From: Candidatus Caldarchaeum sp.
Lineage (GTDB): Archaea > Thermoproteota > Nitrososphaeria_A > Caldarchaeales > Caldarchaeaceae
Length of the DNA stretch: 64,000 bases
NCBI GenBank assembly: GCA_038831915.1
Contig: JAWBKB010000002.1
Coordinates: forward strand, 99,751-163,750
Direction of reading: 5' to 3'
Of this stretch, positions 49,760 to 60,295 are shown piece after piece; within the stretch, counting starts at the first letter, position 1, and every line of letters starts with the position of its first letter. The notes beneath the pieces are model-generated. The model worked only from the letters and a program-made list of their open reading frames with translations. It made no database searches and was not told the origin of the DNA. The position numbers and the translations under genes are program-made.

Positions 49760-50985
49760 TCACCGAACAGCTCCAATTTGCCCAGATAGTTCGCGATGAT
49801 GGGCATCAAATCCACTCCGCGAATTCTACCTAGACCGCCTTTCATGCAGCTGATTTCGTCAAAATGCCGTACGTCGTCGCCTCTCACCTGGTTTCCGTAA
49901 ATGAGGACTGGAACTGGGTCTCCGCAGTGGTCACCGATTTCCGAAGCGGTGGTGTGGTCACCGGTCACAGCTATGTGCACTTCGTCGGGCAGTTGGTCAA
50001 AAATCTTCTCAAATTCATCGCCGATTTTCCGTATCATGTTGGCTTTTTCGCGTGGTTTTTTATCATGGCTTAACGTGTCGGGTGCTTTGATGTGGAGCAG
50101 TACAAAGTCATGTGTTTTGAGTGTTTCGACGACCGTCGCCATTTTGTTGGCGAGGTTTGTGTTGACCGTTCCAGTTGCTCCTTCAACCGGAATTACGTCA
50201 AACCCAGCGGCCCTACAAACACCTTTGTAAAGAGCACCTCCTGCAACAATCGCCCCATTCATCCCGTACTTTTCCCTGAAATTCGGAAGGTTCGGAGTTC
50301 TGCCAGCCCCACGGGTCAAAATATAATCTGCTGGAAGCAATCCATTCTCCCTGCGTTTCAAGTTGACCGGATGATTTTTGAGAATTTCACGTGTCTTGTC
50401 CAAGAATTTTCGCAGAACCTGAGCAGTGAAAGCGGCTTCACGACTGTTGTCAAGCGGTCTAGGCGGAAGTATTTTCCTTGTTTTGCCGTGTGGGTCGACG
50501 TTGGAAACTTTATGCGAAAGGCCTTCTCCACGCATTATCAACACTCCGCGATGTTCAACAGTGTGTTTGAAGATGATTTCCACACCGTCAATCGTCATGT
50601 TTGAAATCTCCTCAGCGATGATTCTGCTTTCATCTGTTGAAATTCTTCCGGCCCTCCTGTCCATGATCTCGCCGTCATCGGATACGGTGGCGAAGTTACA
50701 TCGGAAAGCTATGTCACGCTCGGTGAGATTCAGGCCAGCTCCCAGTGCTTCGAAAGGCCCTCTACCGGTGTAGTATTTGAAAGGGTCGTAGCCGAGTAGG
50801 GCCAGATGGCCCGTGTCGCTTCCGTTGGGAAGTCCCGGAGAAACGACATCAATCAAACCGGTTTCACCCATGGCCGCTAAACGGTCGAAGAAACGGCTCC
50901 GCGCGGCCTGAAGCGGGGTGAACCAGTTCAGTTCACGACATCTTCTATCGCCTAAGCCATCGAGAACTACTAAAACAGCTTTCAC
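49756..50985 (-). CDS. apgM: 2,3-BPG-independent phosphoglycerate mutase
   Basis: LDGLGD, GSDTGH, GRGPFEALG, HIKAPD..SH, TGDH. Confidence 0.94.
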   Translation of the reverse strand: MKAVLVVLDGLGDRRCRELNWFTPLQAARSRFFDRLAAMGETGLIDVVSPGLPNGSDTGHLALLGYDPFKYYTGRGPFEALGAGLNLTERDIAFRCNFATVSDDGEIMDRRAGRISTDESRIIAEEISNMTIDGVEIIFKHTVEHRGVLIMRGEGLSHKVSNVDPHGKTRKILPPRPLDNSREAAFTAQVLRKFLDKTREILKNHPVNLKRRENGLLPADYILTRGAGRTPNLPNFREKYGMNGAIVAGGALYKGVCRAAGFDVIPVEGATGTVNTNLANKMATVVETLKTHDFVLLHIKAPDTLSHDKKPREKANMIRKIGDEFEKIFDQLPDEVHIAVTGDHTTASEIGDHCGDPVPVLIYGNQVRGDDVRHFDEISCMKGGLGRIRGVDLMPIIANYLGKLELFGE

Positions 50986-51053
50986 AAACTTGAATAAATC
51001 ATCGCGGCTATTAGTTTTTATAAACGCCGCGGCCATGATTTCTCGGCGTAACA

Positions 51054-52022
51054 TTGAACTCTTCGAAATACAGCAGTTTGGAAGAGCTCCCCGGCGTCTC
51101 AAAAACCGTAGCTGAGAAGCTCCGAGAAAACGGATATTCAACCGTGGAATCTATCGCCACCGCCACAGTTGCCGAGCTTGTCGCGGCCGGGCTGAGCGAA
51201 GAACATGCAATGCAAATCATAAATGCGGCAAGAGAAGGAATTGAAGTCTCCTGGGTTACGGCGAAAGAATTGGCCGAAATAAAGACATCCATCGGCCGAA
51301 TCACAACTGGTAGCACGCGGCTCGACGCCTTGATAGGCGGTGGCGTTGAGACTCAGGCCATCACGGAGTTTTTCGGTGAATTTGGCTCCGGAAAATCGCA
51401 GATGTGTCATCAGCTCGCGGTCAACGTTCAGCTTCCCGTTAGAAGAGGAGGACTTGATGCTTCAGTCCTCTACATCGACACCGAAAACACTTTCAGGCCC
51501 GAACGCATAATCGCGATGTCGAAAAACCTCGACATCGACCCAGATGAATCGCTGGAAAAAATCATCTACGCCGAGGCATACACAAGCGACCACCAAATGC
51601 TTCTCGTCGAAAAAGCCGACCAGATCATAAAGGAGAAAAACATAAAGTTGATTATCGTCGATTCCTTGACAGCTCACTTTAGAAGCGAATATCTCGGCCG
51701 CCAGTTTCTTCCAGAAAGACAGCAAAAACTCAACAAGCATATGCACAAGCTTATCCGTCTCGCACGGGCCTTTAACACGGCCGTGGTGGTGACCAATCAG
51801 GTGATGGCGAAGCCCGACGACATCTTTTCCACCTCCGCAGTGTATCCAATCGGCGGCCACATCGTAGGCCACACCAGTCACAACCGCATACTAATCCGCA
51901 AAGTGATGGGAAAAAATTTGAGAATAGCACGTCTGATTTCAAGCCCTTACCTGCCTGAAGGAGAAGCGGTTTTCAAAATCACGGAAAACGGTGTTGAAGA
52001 CCTGGAAGCTGATGAAAGATGA
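51054..52022 (+). CDS. radA: DNA repair and recombination protein RadA
   Basis: N-terminal Hh[26 protein letters not shown]. Confidence 0.96.
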   Translation: MNSSKYSSLEELPGVSKTVAEKLRENGYSTVESIATATVAELVAAGLSEEHAMQIINAAREGIEVSWVTAKELAEIKTSIGRITTGSTRLDALIGGGVETQAITEFFGEFGSGKSQMCHQLAVNVQLPVRRGGLDASVLYIDTENTFRPERIIAMSKNLDIDPDESLEKIIYAEAYTSDHQMLLVEKADQIIKEKNIKLIIVDSLTAHFRSEYLGRQFLPERQQKLNKHMHKLIRLARAFNTAVVVTNQVMAKPDDIFSTSAVYPIGGHIVGHTSHNRILIRKVMGKNLRIARLISSPYLPEGEAVFKITENGVEDLEADER

Positions 52023-52381
52023 GCAAAATAACGGCTCGTGAAACGCAGGAATTTCTCGAAACCCTTTTCAAAAACAAGCTGACAGAAGCGGAAAGAGTTC
52101 TCGAACAGCTTCAGCAGAAACACCCGGAGGACAGCCGCTACATCCTCGCCTTGAGAGGAATTATGATAAGCTATGTCGGCGACGATTCCGATTCATTCAT
52201 CTACATGCTTTTTCAAAACAAGGAAATCTGGAAGAAACGCCGCCAGCTGGGAGAGAAATTCACCGAGCTGAGTGAAAAATTCGGCGCAGTCGACCGCTTT
52301 TTCGTAGCTTGGGCCGACGTGTTAGACATCGTTGGAAAAATACAGCCTCCCGCAAAGATTACATCCCCGTCAACAGATTGA
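52019..52381 (+). CDS. Hypothetical helical protein coupled to radA
   Basis: ATGA overlap with radA stop; TPR-like helices. Confidence 0.7.
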   Translation: MSKITARETQEFLETLFKNKLTEAERVLEQLQQKHPEDSRYILALRGIMISYVGDDSDSFIYMLFQNKEIWKKRRQLGEKFTELSEKFGAVDRFFVAWADVLDIVGKIQPPAKITSPSTD

Positions 52382-52643
52382 AGAACAGAATCCACGAAAC
52401 GAGAAAAACCCCGATGAACCCGCCCAAACCATTCAAATAGGATTGTCTACGTCTCTTCTGCTTGTCGATGGTTCGCCAAAATGTTTCAGCGAGCAGGACG
52501 TAGAAAGCCGAGGCCATCAATATCACAAGATATGTGAATAATGGTTGTTGGGTGGTCGCAATTATCCAAGCGGCGAGGAGCCCATAACCAATTCCAGCGA
52601 TAAACTTTGACCAGTAAACAATATCCACCTGCAAGGCTTTCAA
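52359..52643 (-). CDS. 3-TM membrane protein, EMC6/Rab5ip-like
   Basis: VYWSK...G...G first helix; [20 protein letters not shown] terminal helix. Confidence 0.62.
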   Translation of the reverse strand: MKALQVDIVYWSKFIAGIGYGLLAAWIIATTQQPLFTYLVILMASAFYVLLAETFWRTIDKQKRRRQSYLNGLGGFIGVFLVSWILFFNLLTGM

Positions 52644-52669
52644 GCCATCGAGCGAAAGCCATGAATTAA

Positions 52670-54595
52670 ATGTTGGTTAAACATCTTCTGGATGGAAAGC
52701 TGCTGAAAATGCCTCAGCTAAATTCGCTTGAAATCGCGGTGCTTGTCGAAGAATGCAAAGCGAAAGCTGTCGACTCCTTCGTCAGAAACGTTTACGACAT
52801 CACGCCCCATGCCTTGGCTCTCAAGGTCTTCAAGCCGGGTTTCGGAGCGGGAGAACTTTGGACGATCGCTGGATACGCCGTTTTCTACACGACAAAAACC
52901 GTAGCTAAACAACCCGAGCCAGCGAAACAGGTCCTCGAGCTACGCAAACTCCTTTCAGGGCAGAAAATAACGCGAATCGAGCAGGTCGCGAACGAAAGAA
53001 TCGTGCGAATCATCTTTGAGGGTTATGAGCTAATTGTTGAATGCCTGCCACCTGGTAACATCGTGTTAGTCAAAGATGATGTCATAGTCTGGCTTCTCGA
53101 AAAATTCGAGTCAAAAGATAGAGTAGTTCGAAAAGGTCTGCGGTACGTTGCCCCGCCTGCAAAACCCGCGCCGATGTTTGAAAACGTTACAGCCGATTTT
53201 TTGCGTGGACTAAACACTAAACTGTCAACCGTAGTAGCTTTGAGCAAAGAGCTCGGATTAGGTGGTAAATTTGCTGAAGAAGTTGTAGCAAGAGCTGGGA
53301 TAGACAAGAAACGTAAAATCGGTGAACTAAGAGACGAGGAATTTTCAGCCATCGCCGACAGTCTAAAAAACCTTTTGACGCAGCTCCGCGACCCAAGGCC
53401 ACGCGTTTACCGTCGCGATGGAGAATCGATTCCAACCGTCACAGAATTCAAATCGCTTGAAGATGCTGAAAGCATTGTCGTTGAAACTTTCGGCGAAGCT
53501 GCCTTACTTGCTTACCTCGACTACTCTGAATCTGTCAAGAAAATGGCTGCCGTGCAGGAGAAAACAAAAGCCGTTGAAAAACTGGTCCGTGAAAAAGAAA
53601 ACCGCTTGCATGTGTTGAAGGAGATTGAAAAAAATTTACAGGTTAGTGAACTTTTCGTGGAGAAGGTTTCGAAATCGCTTCCGCTTGTCGACATGCTCTG
53701 GTCCATGCCAGGAACTGCAGCCGAGGAAATACGAAAACAAATTGGTCTCGAAGTACATCTTCTTCAAAACCAAGCGGTCCTCAGTTTGGGTGACCAAAGA
53801 GTAGTGTTTAAGAAAGATAGTTCACCCTACCGAGAGCTGGGAAAACTCTTCGATGAACTGAAGACTTTGCGGAAAACAGTCGAAAAGCTCCGAACCGAAG
53901 TCGATGAGCTGGAAAAGAAGATCGAATCCTTGCAGGCGGATGTTGACATGGGTAAGGCGGCTGAAATGGCTGTTTTGAAGCCGGTGTCGAAGCCTCAGGG
54001 GCCTTTTAGAGAGTTTGTGACATCTGGTGGGTTCAAAGTTTTGTCGGGAAAAGAAGCCCACAGCAACATCATGCTGTTGAAACGACATCTCGAGAAAAAT
54101 GATTTGGTTCTTCACACGGAAATCGCAGGCTCTCCCGCGACCGTTGTGAAAAACGGCTCGTCAGCGTCGGAGCAGGACGTTGAAGAAGCAGCCCAATTCA
54201 CCGCGTGTTACAGCCGGGCCTGGAGAGAACAGTTCAGCAACATATCTGTTTACGCGGTCGCCGCTGACCAGATTTCTTTCACACCGCCTTCTGGCCAGTT
54301 CCTCCCAAAGGGCTCGTTCATGGTTTACGGAAAAAAGCGTTACTTAGTTTCTGAGTTGAGGCTTGCAGTCGCGCTTCTGAACGGGGATGTAGAGGTTTTG
54401 CCTTATTTGACCGCCGAAAGACGGCGACTCAGATTTGTCGAAATAAAGCCAGGACCATATAAGGCTGCTGGAGTAGCCAGGCGTATAATCCAATCCCTCG
54501 GAATCGAGCCTGACGACGGTTTGGTTGACAGGCTTGTTTCGAAAATTCCATATGGCAAATGTTTGGTTTTAGACAACCTTATTAATGGTCGATAG
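52670..54595 (+). CDS. rqcH: Ribosome rescue factor RqcH/NEMF (NFACT)
   Basis: NERIV, GNIVL, H2TH, coiled coil, HTEIAGSP, YSRAW, GSFMVYG; start may be 52709. Confidence 0.9.
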   Translation: MLVKHLLDGKLLKMPQLNSLEIAVLVEECKAKAVDSFVRNVYDITPHALALKVFKPGFGAGELWTIAGYAVFYTTKTVAKQPEPAKQVLELRKLLSGQKITRIEQVANERIVRIIFEGYELIVECLPPGNIVLVKDDVIVWLLEKFESKDRVVRKGLRYVAPPAKPAPMFENVTADFLRGLNTKLSTVVALSKELGLGGKFAEEVVARAGIDKKRKIGELRDEEFSAIADSLKNLLTQLRDPRPRVYRRDGESIPTVTEFKSLEDAESIVVETFGEAALLAYLDYSESVKKMAAVQEKTKAVEKLVREKENRLHVLKEIEKNLQVSELFVEKVSKSLPLVDMLWSMPGTAAEEIRKQIGLEVHLLQNQAVLSLGDQRVVFKKDSSPYRELGKLFDELKTLRKTVEKLRTEVDELEKKIESLQADVDMGKAAEMAVLKPVSKPQGPFREFVTSGGFKVLSGKEAHSNIMLLKRHLEKNDLVLHTEIAGSPATVVKNGSSASEQDVEEAAQFTACYSRAWREQFSNISVYAVAADQISFTPPSGQFLPKGSFMVYGKKRYLVSELRLAVALLNGDVEVLPYLTAERRRLRFVEIKPGPYKAAGVARRIIQSLGIEPDDGLVDRLVSKIPYGKCLVLDNLINGR

Positions 54596-54614
54596 CACGG
54601 TTAATTGTGGGAGC

Positions 54615-55205
54615 ATGGTTAAGCCGTCGACGCTCGTTGACGAGTTGAAGGTCAGGCACGTTATGTCGAGCCCTGTAGTGGAGTCGGCGGAAAACGCTTC
54701 TATCGCCGAGGTCGCCGAACTTATGCGAAAATACAACATCGGAAGCGTCGTCATAACTTCGAACGGAAAACCAGTCGGCATAATAACTAAAACCGATATA
54801 GTTACTAAGGTGGTGGCTAACGGAAGCGACCCCAACACTGTCAGGGCCCGGGACATCATGACCACGCCGCTTCAAACAGTTTCTCCGGAAACAACAATTG
54901 ACGACGCCCTCAGCAAGATGAACCGGCTGAAGCTCAGCCGCCTCGTGGTCGTCTACAAGGAAAGGCTTGCGGGAATAGTCACCATCAAAGACATCTTACA
55001 GGTGACTCCTGAAATACTGTCAATCGTGAGGGAACGGATGAAAATCGGCGGCCCCGCCCCTGCATCCGCTGCATCAGTCGCCGAAGGCTACTGTGAAGTC
55101 TGCGGCGAATGGTCCGACTACTTGGTCCGAGTGGAAGACCAGCTGATGTGTGAAGACTGTCGGATTGAGCTTGAGCGTCGAAGCGGCGCCAGCGTTCTGG
55201 AATGA
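54615..55205 (+). CDS. CBS-pair protein with C-terminal Zn ribbon
   Basis: Two CBS repeats; GYCEVCG...CEDC. Confidence 0.9.
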   Translation: MVKPSTLVDELKVRHVMSSPVVESAENASIAEVAELMRKYNIGSVVITSNGKPVGIITKTDIVTKVVANGSDPNTVRARDIMTTPLQTVSPETTIDDALSKMNRLKLSRLVVVYKERLAGIVTIKDILQVTPEILSIVRERMKIGGPAPASAASVAEGYCEVCGEWSDYLVRVEDQLMCEDCRIELERRSGASVLE

Positions 55206-55636
55206 AATTTGTCCTCGATACGATGCTTGGCCATTTGTTGACATGGCTTCGTCTTCTTGGTTATGACACAATTTATGCCGGCGACGTTGATGATGACGAG
55301 TTACTGAGTTTATCGCTGAAGGAGAACAGGGTTCTCGTCACACGCGATAGGAAATTGGCCGCGAAGTCAGCCAAAAACGGCATAAAAGCGGTACTGCTTG
55401 AAAACGTTGAAGTCGTCGAGTGCCTGCTCAAAATAGCGGAGCAGACCGGAATCAACCTCCAATTCAGACCTGAAAATAGCAGATGTCCCGCATGTAACGA
55501 AATCCTCGTCAAGGCGGAAGATGTACCAACGCGCTGGAAATGTCCCGGATGCTTGAAGGAATACTGGGTGGGCCGGCACTGGAAAAACATAAAGAAAGTC
55601 TTGGACATTTTGGAGGAGAAATCCTTTGGACGATGA
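55202..55636 (+). CDS. Mut7-C RNase (PIN) domain protein
   Basis: DTMLGHLLTWLRLLGYD, TRD, RCPACN, CPGC..YW.GRHW. Confidence 0.9.
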   Translation: MKFVLDTMLGHLLTWLRLLGYDTIYAGDVDDDELLSLSLKENRVLVTRDRKLAAKSAKNGIKAVLLENVEVVECLLKIAEQTGINLQFRPENSRCPACNEILVKAEDVPTRWKCPGCLKEYWVGRHWKNIKKVLDILEEKSFGR

Positions 55637-56234
55637 AAAAGGCGTCAAGCTTGTTCGTTTTGCGCGGTCAGCGGTCGAAACCTATTTGTCAACCGGCTCG
55701 CTGCCTGAAATTCCAACGGAGGATTGGCTTCTTCAAAAAAGCGGAGTATTTGTTTCAATCTATACTTTCCCTCTGAAAGAATTAAGAGGATGTATCGGGT
55801 ATCCGATGCCGATTCTTCCTCTCGGTGAAGCAACTGTTCGGGCCGCTGTCGCAGCGGCATCGGAAGACCCTCGATTTCCACCCGTTGAAAAAAACGAGCT
55901 GGACAAAGTGATTTTCGAAGTGAGCGTTCTTTCCCAACCTGAGGAGATACCTGTATCAAATAGGAAAGAACTACATAAAGAGGTGGTGGTGGGCCGGGAT
56001 GGGTTGATCATCGAATCACCTTATGGCTCTGGTCTTCTTCTTCCTCAGGTTCCCGTTGAATATGGTTGGGACGCGGAGGAATTTCTTTCGAACCTTTGTA
56101 TCAAGGCTGGCCTCGACTCGACTTACTGGCTGTATGGCCGATACAAGCTCTACAGGTTCACAGCGGAAGTTTTTGCGGAAACAAATTCACGTGGCCGCGT
56201 CGTAAGAGTCGACATTTTGCAGAAGAAATGTTGA
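55626..56234 (+). CDS. AMMECR1 domain protein
   Basis: GVFVS, LRGCIG, DPRF, GLLLPQV, KAGL. Confidence 0.94.
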   Translation: MDDEKGVKLVRFARSAVETYLSTGSLPEIPTEDWLLQKSGVFVSIYTFPLKELRGCIGYPMPILPLGEATVRAAVAAASEDPRFPPVEKNELDKVIFEVSVLSQPEEIPVSNRKELHKEVVVGRDGLIIESPYGSGLLLPQVPVEYGWDAEEFLSNLCIKAGLDSTYWLYGRYKLYRFTAEVFAETNSRGRVVRVDILQKKC

Positions 56235-57382
56235 TTCATTTCGCGGTTTGCGGGATTGGGCTCGGCCACGTGACGAGGTCGGTTGAAGTAGCAAAAGAAT
56301 TGTCCCTTCGAGGTCACCGGATTTTTTTCTCCACATACGACCAAGCTTACTCATATCTGGTTAAGCATGGATTGCCAACTGCCAAAGTGTTAAAGGTCGG
56401 GTATGGAGTCGGAGAAGACGGGACAATTTCCGTCAAGAAAACCATTCTCAACAACGTCTGGTTACCAGTGCTTTTTTCGGCTCAAACTCTCGCGGAGTCT
56501 AAGTTGATAAACGACGTCGACGCCGACGTGGTTGTTTCGGACACGCGTGCATCAGCTACTCTCGCCGGAAAGCTGTTGCGAAAACCCGTCGCCACAATCA
56601 TCAACCAATACAACCTAAGGCTGGTCACAAACAAATATCGAAGGTTTGCATCGCTCGTCGAACGAACCATTCAAGCGCCCCAGAAAATATGGGATTTGTC
56701 AGACGTCATCATCGTGCCCGACCTTCCGCCTCCCTTTACCATATCCGAATCCACTCTCCAATTTTCCAAAAAAGCCGCCGAAAAAGCAGTTTACACAGGG
56801 CCCTTGATACGGCCCGTCAACCGCGAAGAATCAAAGATTCGCGAAATCCGCGAAGAACTTGGTGCATCAGGTAAGCCGTTGGTCTTGATATCTGTCAGCG
56901 GAGGACATTCGGAAAAAAAGACACTTGTCGAGAAGATTTTAATGATTGCTGAAGCCTTCGACGACGAATATGTCTATGTTCTGTCAGCCGCTGACGTTTC
57001 TTCAAACGTGGTCAGAAAAGTCGGGCCTCTAATTTACATGAGCTGGGTTCCGGACCTCGACGCCTATATCAAAGCGGCTGACGCGGTGGTTTTTCGCGGT
57101 GGGTTGACGCTTCTCAGCAAATGCCTATTGTATGGTAGGAAAATGCTGATCATCCCGACTCCGTTGCATGGTGAACAGCTTTCAAACGCGGCCAAAGCCG
57201 AGAAACTGGGCGTCGCCAAAATTCTGCACCAACACGAAATTTCAGCGGAAAAATTCCGAAAAGATGTTTCACAAGTGTTAGATGATGAGGAAATGGTGGG
57301 AAATCTTTCGCATTTGCGAAGCGTTCTCGAAAGATGCGGCGGGGTTGAAGCGGCGGCGGCAACCGTGGAAAGTCTTTATTAA
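56228..57382 (+). CDS. GT-B (GT28/MJ1255-like) glycosyltransferase
   Basis: CGIGLGHVTRS, RGGLT, HGEQLSNA; start moved to ATG 56228. Confidence 0.88.
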   Translation: MLIHFAVCGIGLGHVTRSVEVAKELSLRGHRIFFSTYDQAYSYLVKHGLPTAKVLKVGYGVGEDGTISVKKTILNNVWLPVLFSAQTLAESKLINDVDADVVVSDTRASATLAGKLLRKPVATIINQYNLRLVTNKYRRFASLVERTIQAPQKIWDLSDVIIVPDLPPPFTISESTLQFSKKAAEKAVYTGPLIRPVNREESKIREIREELGASGKPLVLISVSGGHSEKKTLVEKILMIAEAFDDEYVYVLSAADVSSNVVRKVGPLIYMSWVPDLDAYIKAADAVVFRGGLTLLSKCLLYGRKMLIIPTPLHGEQLSNAAKAEKLGVAKILHQHEISAEKFRKDVSQVLDDEEMVGNLSHLRSVLERCGGVEAAAATVESLY

Positions 57383-57430
57383 CTCTTTAGGGTAAGCCTT
57401 TATTTAAGCGGAACACATCTCTTTGCTTGT

Positions 57431-57943
57431 ATGGGGCAACAGCCGAAAAAATTTCCTTTGGATGCACGGCTCGGAACCGTTCTCGGTCTTCTCGAGCTCG
57501 TGGTGGCTTATGGAGGCAAAGCTGACCTTGCGTTTATCGCGAGAGAGCTTCACATGGAGGTTGACCAAATACTTCCCGCATCTCAAGCAGCGGAATTGCT
57601 CGGTGTATTAGAGATACATGACGGTGAAGGAGTTGCGACGGCTCTCGGCATAAAGGTGAGCAAAAGCCTAGCTAAGGGCAAGAAACGCATCCTACGAGAA
57701 CAGCTTCCTAACATCGAGCCTTTCTCGACGGCGTTGCTTCTCGCGAAAGAAAACCCACGTGGCTTCAGCATCGACGACCTCGTGAACAAACTTTCAACCT
57801 CGTCAGAACTCGTGGAATACGCGGAGAACGGTGAAAAACTCCGAGAACTACTTATGGACTGGATGATCTACACCGAACTCCTGTCATATGACGGCAACAA
57901 AGGGCTTTTTAAGCTTAAGGCCCGAAAAACCGTTAACTCATGA
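57431..57943 (+). CDS. Stand-alone AAA-associated (wHTH-like) domain of NitT/TauT-type ABC ATPases
   Basis: GLLE...GGKADL..IA.EL.MEVDQILP...AELLG; DW..Y.EL..YD. Confidence 0.8.
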   Translation: MGQQPKKFPLDARLGTVLGLLELVVAYGGKADLAFIARELHMEVDQILPASQAAELLGVLEIHDGEGVATALGIKVSKSLAKGKKRILREQLPNIEPFSTALLLAKENPRGFSIDDLVNKLSTSSELVEYAENGEKLRELLMDWMIYTELLSYDGNKGLFKLKARKTVNS

Positions 57944-58697
57944 GCGTGAACACAGCGTCCACGTATTCGTAAAATTTCGGACTCCTCCGGTCCCTCGGCT
58001 TTTCCATGTTGATTTTGATTTCCCCGGCGATTTGAGCGGGCCTGCTCGTCAAAACAAGCACCCGGTCGCTGAGCTCCACGATTTCCTCGACGTTGTGCGA
58101 AACAAGCAAAACGGATGACGGTGGAAGTGTTTCATGTTGGCGGAGCATGTCGATTTCTCTCCTCAGCGATACAGCGGTGAGCGGGTCGAGGTTGCTGAAA
58201 GGCTCGTCCATCAACAAAACATCTGGATTCGTGACCAAAGCTCTGGCAAGCACGACACGCTGTTTCATGCCGCCGCTCAGCTCCCTGGGATAGCTGTTTT
58301 CAAACCCCGACAACCCAACCATGTCCAAAAAAGACTGAGCCTTGATCATCATCTCTTCACGCGAAATGTTCTCAGCTCTTTTCAAAGCCAGCATAACGTT
58401 TTCCAACACGGTGAGCCATGGAAACAAAACAGGTTCCTGAAACACAAGAGAAATTGCGGGAGTAGGGCTGTTGACAGGCTTTCCTTTGTAAAGAACTTGG
58501 CCCGCCGATGGCTTGACCAAGCCCGCCATAATTTTGAGAAGCGTGGTTTTCCCCGACCCACTTTGACCAACTACTCCGAGAAACTCGCCGTAATGCAGGT
58601 CAAACGTCAGATTTCTCAGCACCTCAAGCATCACGCCCTTCTTCGTGTAATAACTATGTGAAACGTTCACCACCTGAAGAATCGGCGGGCCGTTCAA
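57933..58697 (-). CDS. NitT/TauT-family ABC ATPase
   Basis: GQSGSGKT, LSGGMKQR, MDEPF, SHN. Confidence 0.95.
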   Translation of the reverse strand: MNGPPILQVVNVSHSYYTKKGVMLEVLRNLTFDLHYGEFLGVVGQSGSGKTTLLKIMAGLVKPSAGQVLYKGKPVNSPTPAISLVFQEPVLFPWLTVLENVMLALKRAENISREEMMIKAQSFLDMVGLSGFENSYPRELSGGMKQRVVLARALVTNPDVLLMDEPFSNLDPLTAVSLRREIDMLRQHETLPPSSVLLVSHNVEEIVELSDRVLVLTSRPAQIAGEIKINMEKPRDRRSPKFYEYVDAVFTLMS

Positions 58698-58719
58698 CTT
58701 TTCTCAACCGCAGATTTTT

Positions 58720-60267
58720 TCACTCGATTTTAAGTTTAGAAGCGATCGCGTCGTACAAACGCTTCCAAAACAACCTGTTCATCAGCACGATGATGCTTGA
58801 CATCGTTACTAGAACAGCGATGCTTCCGACGAGGTCACCTGCATAAGTGAGTTCGGACAGTAGTTTTCCAAGTCCAGGAAGCTCTGTTTCGGCGACGATG
58901 TCTCCGAGCACAAGCCGTTCCGCGACGACCGACCCGTTCCAAGCTCCGCCAGCCGCTGTGATACATCCAGTGATTAGGGCGGGAGTCGCACGTGGCAAGT
59001 AAACAGTCTTCACCTTGTCCCATGTTTTGAGCTGAAGAAGGTCAACTAGCTCCAACTCCACCGGCGGGATGTTCCTCAAACCAGCCAAAACCTGGAAAAA
59101 CACATACCACTGTGTTGCAGCAATAATCATTATGAACGCCCGCAGCTCGGGCTGGTCAGCCAGCCATTCGGCGACTAACGGATACACAACTGTGACTGGT
59201 ATCGATGCTATTACTTGGAAGACCGTAGAAACGGTTGCCGATAGCTCGGGTTTTCTCGCCACCGCGAGGGCTGCGGGAACGCTCCACGCGACTGAAAAAC
59301 AGACGGCCGCCATGACGCGGAGAAACGAGTACAGCGATGAATAAGCAAGAGTTTCTATTCCGATGGTGTTGTAGGCTGTAATGATGTTTTCAAAGAATTC
59401 ATCTCCTCCTGTGACGAGGAAAACTACGACGATGCCGCCTAAAGCGAAGAAAACCAAGTTTCTCAGCAGCGAACCATAAACTGTGAGCTTGCTGGCAAGC
59501 CCTGAAACAGCTTTATGATATTCAAAGAAAGGCATGTGGGGTAAATGAGGAAAATGAGGCTGGGCCAGCCTTCGGAGAAAACCAAGCCTTTGAGATAGTT
59601 TGCTTGGTCGTCGGACAGGTGCTTCGAAAAAGTTGTTCAACGGGATGAAGACGTACAGGTTTATCAGCGTTGTCGTAATTATGAGTAGAACCAACGCTGT
59701 TATTATTCCCGTGACGTTGCCTGCGACTGCGAAATCCGAAACCAAAGTTCCCAGGCCGAATAGCTGCAGCTCGGTTTCTCCAAAAGTCAGTATTTCGCTG
59801 CCTACGAGAAAAAACATCCCGTTTGCCCACGAAGGTTGGAAATTCCTGACAACTCTGGGCAAACACGCGGGTATGTAGAGATATCTAAGTCGGTCTACGA
59901 GCCCGATTCTCAGAGCTTTCGCAGTGTCCAAAAGCTCCCCCTGTATAAACCTCGTGGATTCGTAAACAGCGAACGTGATGTTCCAGACTTGGCTGGTGAA
60001 AATCAAAAAGATTGCGGCGAGTTCAGCTCCTAAAACCGGAATGGCTGCGTAGAACAGCTGTATCGCGACGGGAAAGAAACCAAGAATCGGGATTGACTGG
60101 AAAATGTCGAGCAGAGGAATGACAATTTTTTCAACGGTTCGGTTTGTAGCCGCGGCGATTCCGACGGCGAGGGAAAAAAGAACGGAAAAAACCAGCGCTA
60201 CCGCCATCCTCACGTATGAGGCGGCGATGGCTAGAAAACTGAGTAGGAAAATTCCTGCAAAGTCCAT
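58720..60267 (-). CDS. NitT/TauT-family ABC permease with two fused TM domains
   Basis: QSIPILGFFP, SQVWN, second unit ASIP...TQWY, GGAWN. Confidence 0.9.
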   Translation of the reverse strand: MDFAGIFLLSFLAIAASYVRMAVALVFSVLFSLAVGIAAATNRTVEKIVIPLLDIFQSIPILGFFPVAIQLFYAAIPVLGAELAAIFLIFTSQVWNITFAVYESTRFIQGELLDTAKALRIGLVDRLRYLYIPACLPRVVRNFQPSWANGMFFLVGSEILTFGETELQLFGLGTLVSDFAVAGNVTGIITALVLLIITTTLINLYVFIPLNNFFEAPVRRPSKLSQRLGFLRRLAQPHFPHLPHMPFFEYHKAVSGLASKLTVYGSLLRNLVFFALGGIVVVFLVTGGDEFFENIITAYNTIGIETLAYSSLYSFLRVMAAVCFSVAWSVPAALAVARKPELSATVSTVFQVIASIPVTVVYPLVAEWLADQPELRAFIMIIAATQWYVFFQVLAGLRNIPPVELELVDLLQLKTWDKVKTVYLPRATPALITGCITAAGGAWNGSVVAERLVLGDIVAETELPGLGKLLSELTYAGDLVGSIAVLVTMSSIIVLMNRLFWKRLYDAIASKLKIE

Positions 60268-60295
60268 TTCTGCGAAAAGTTTCCTATGGTTTCGT

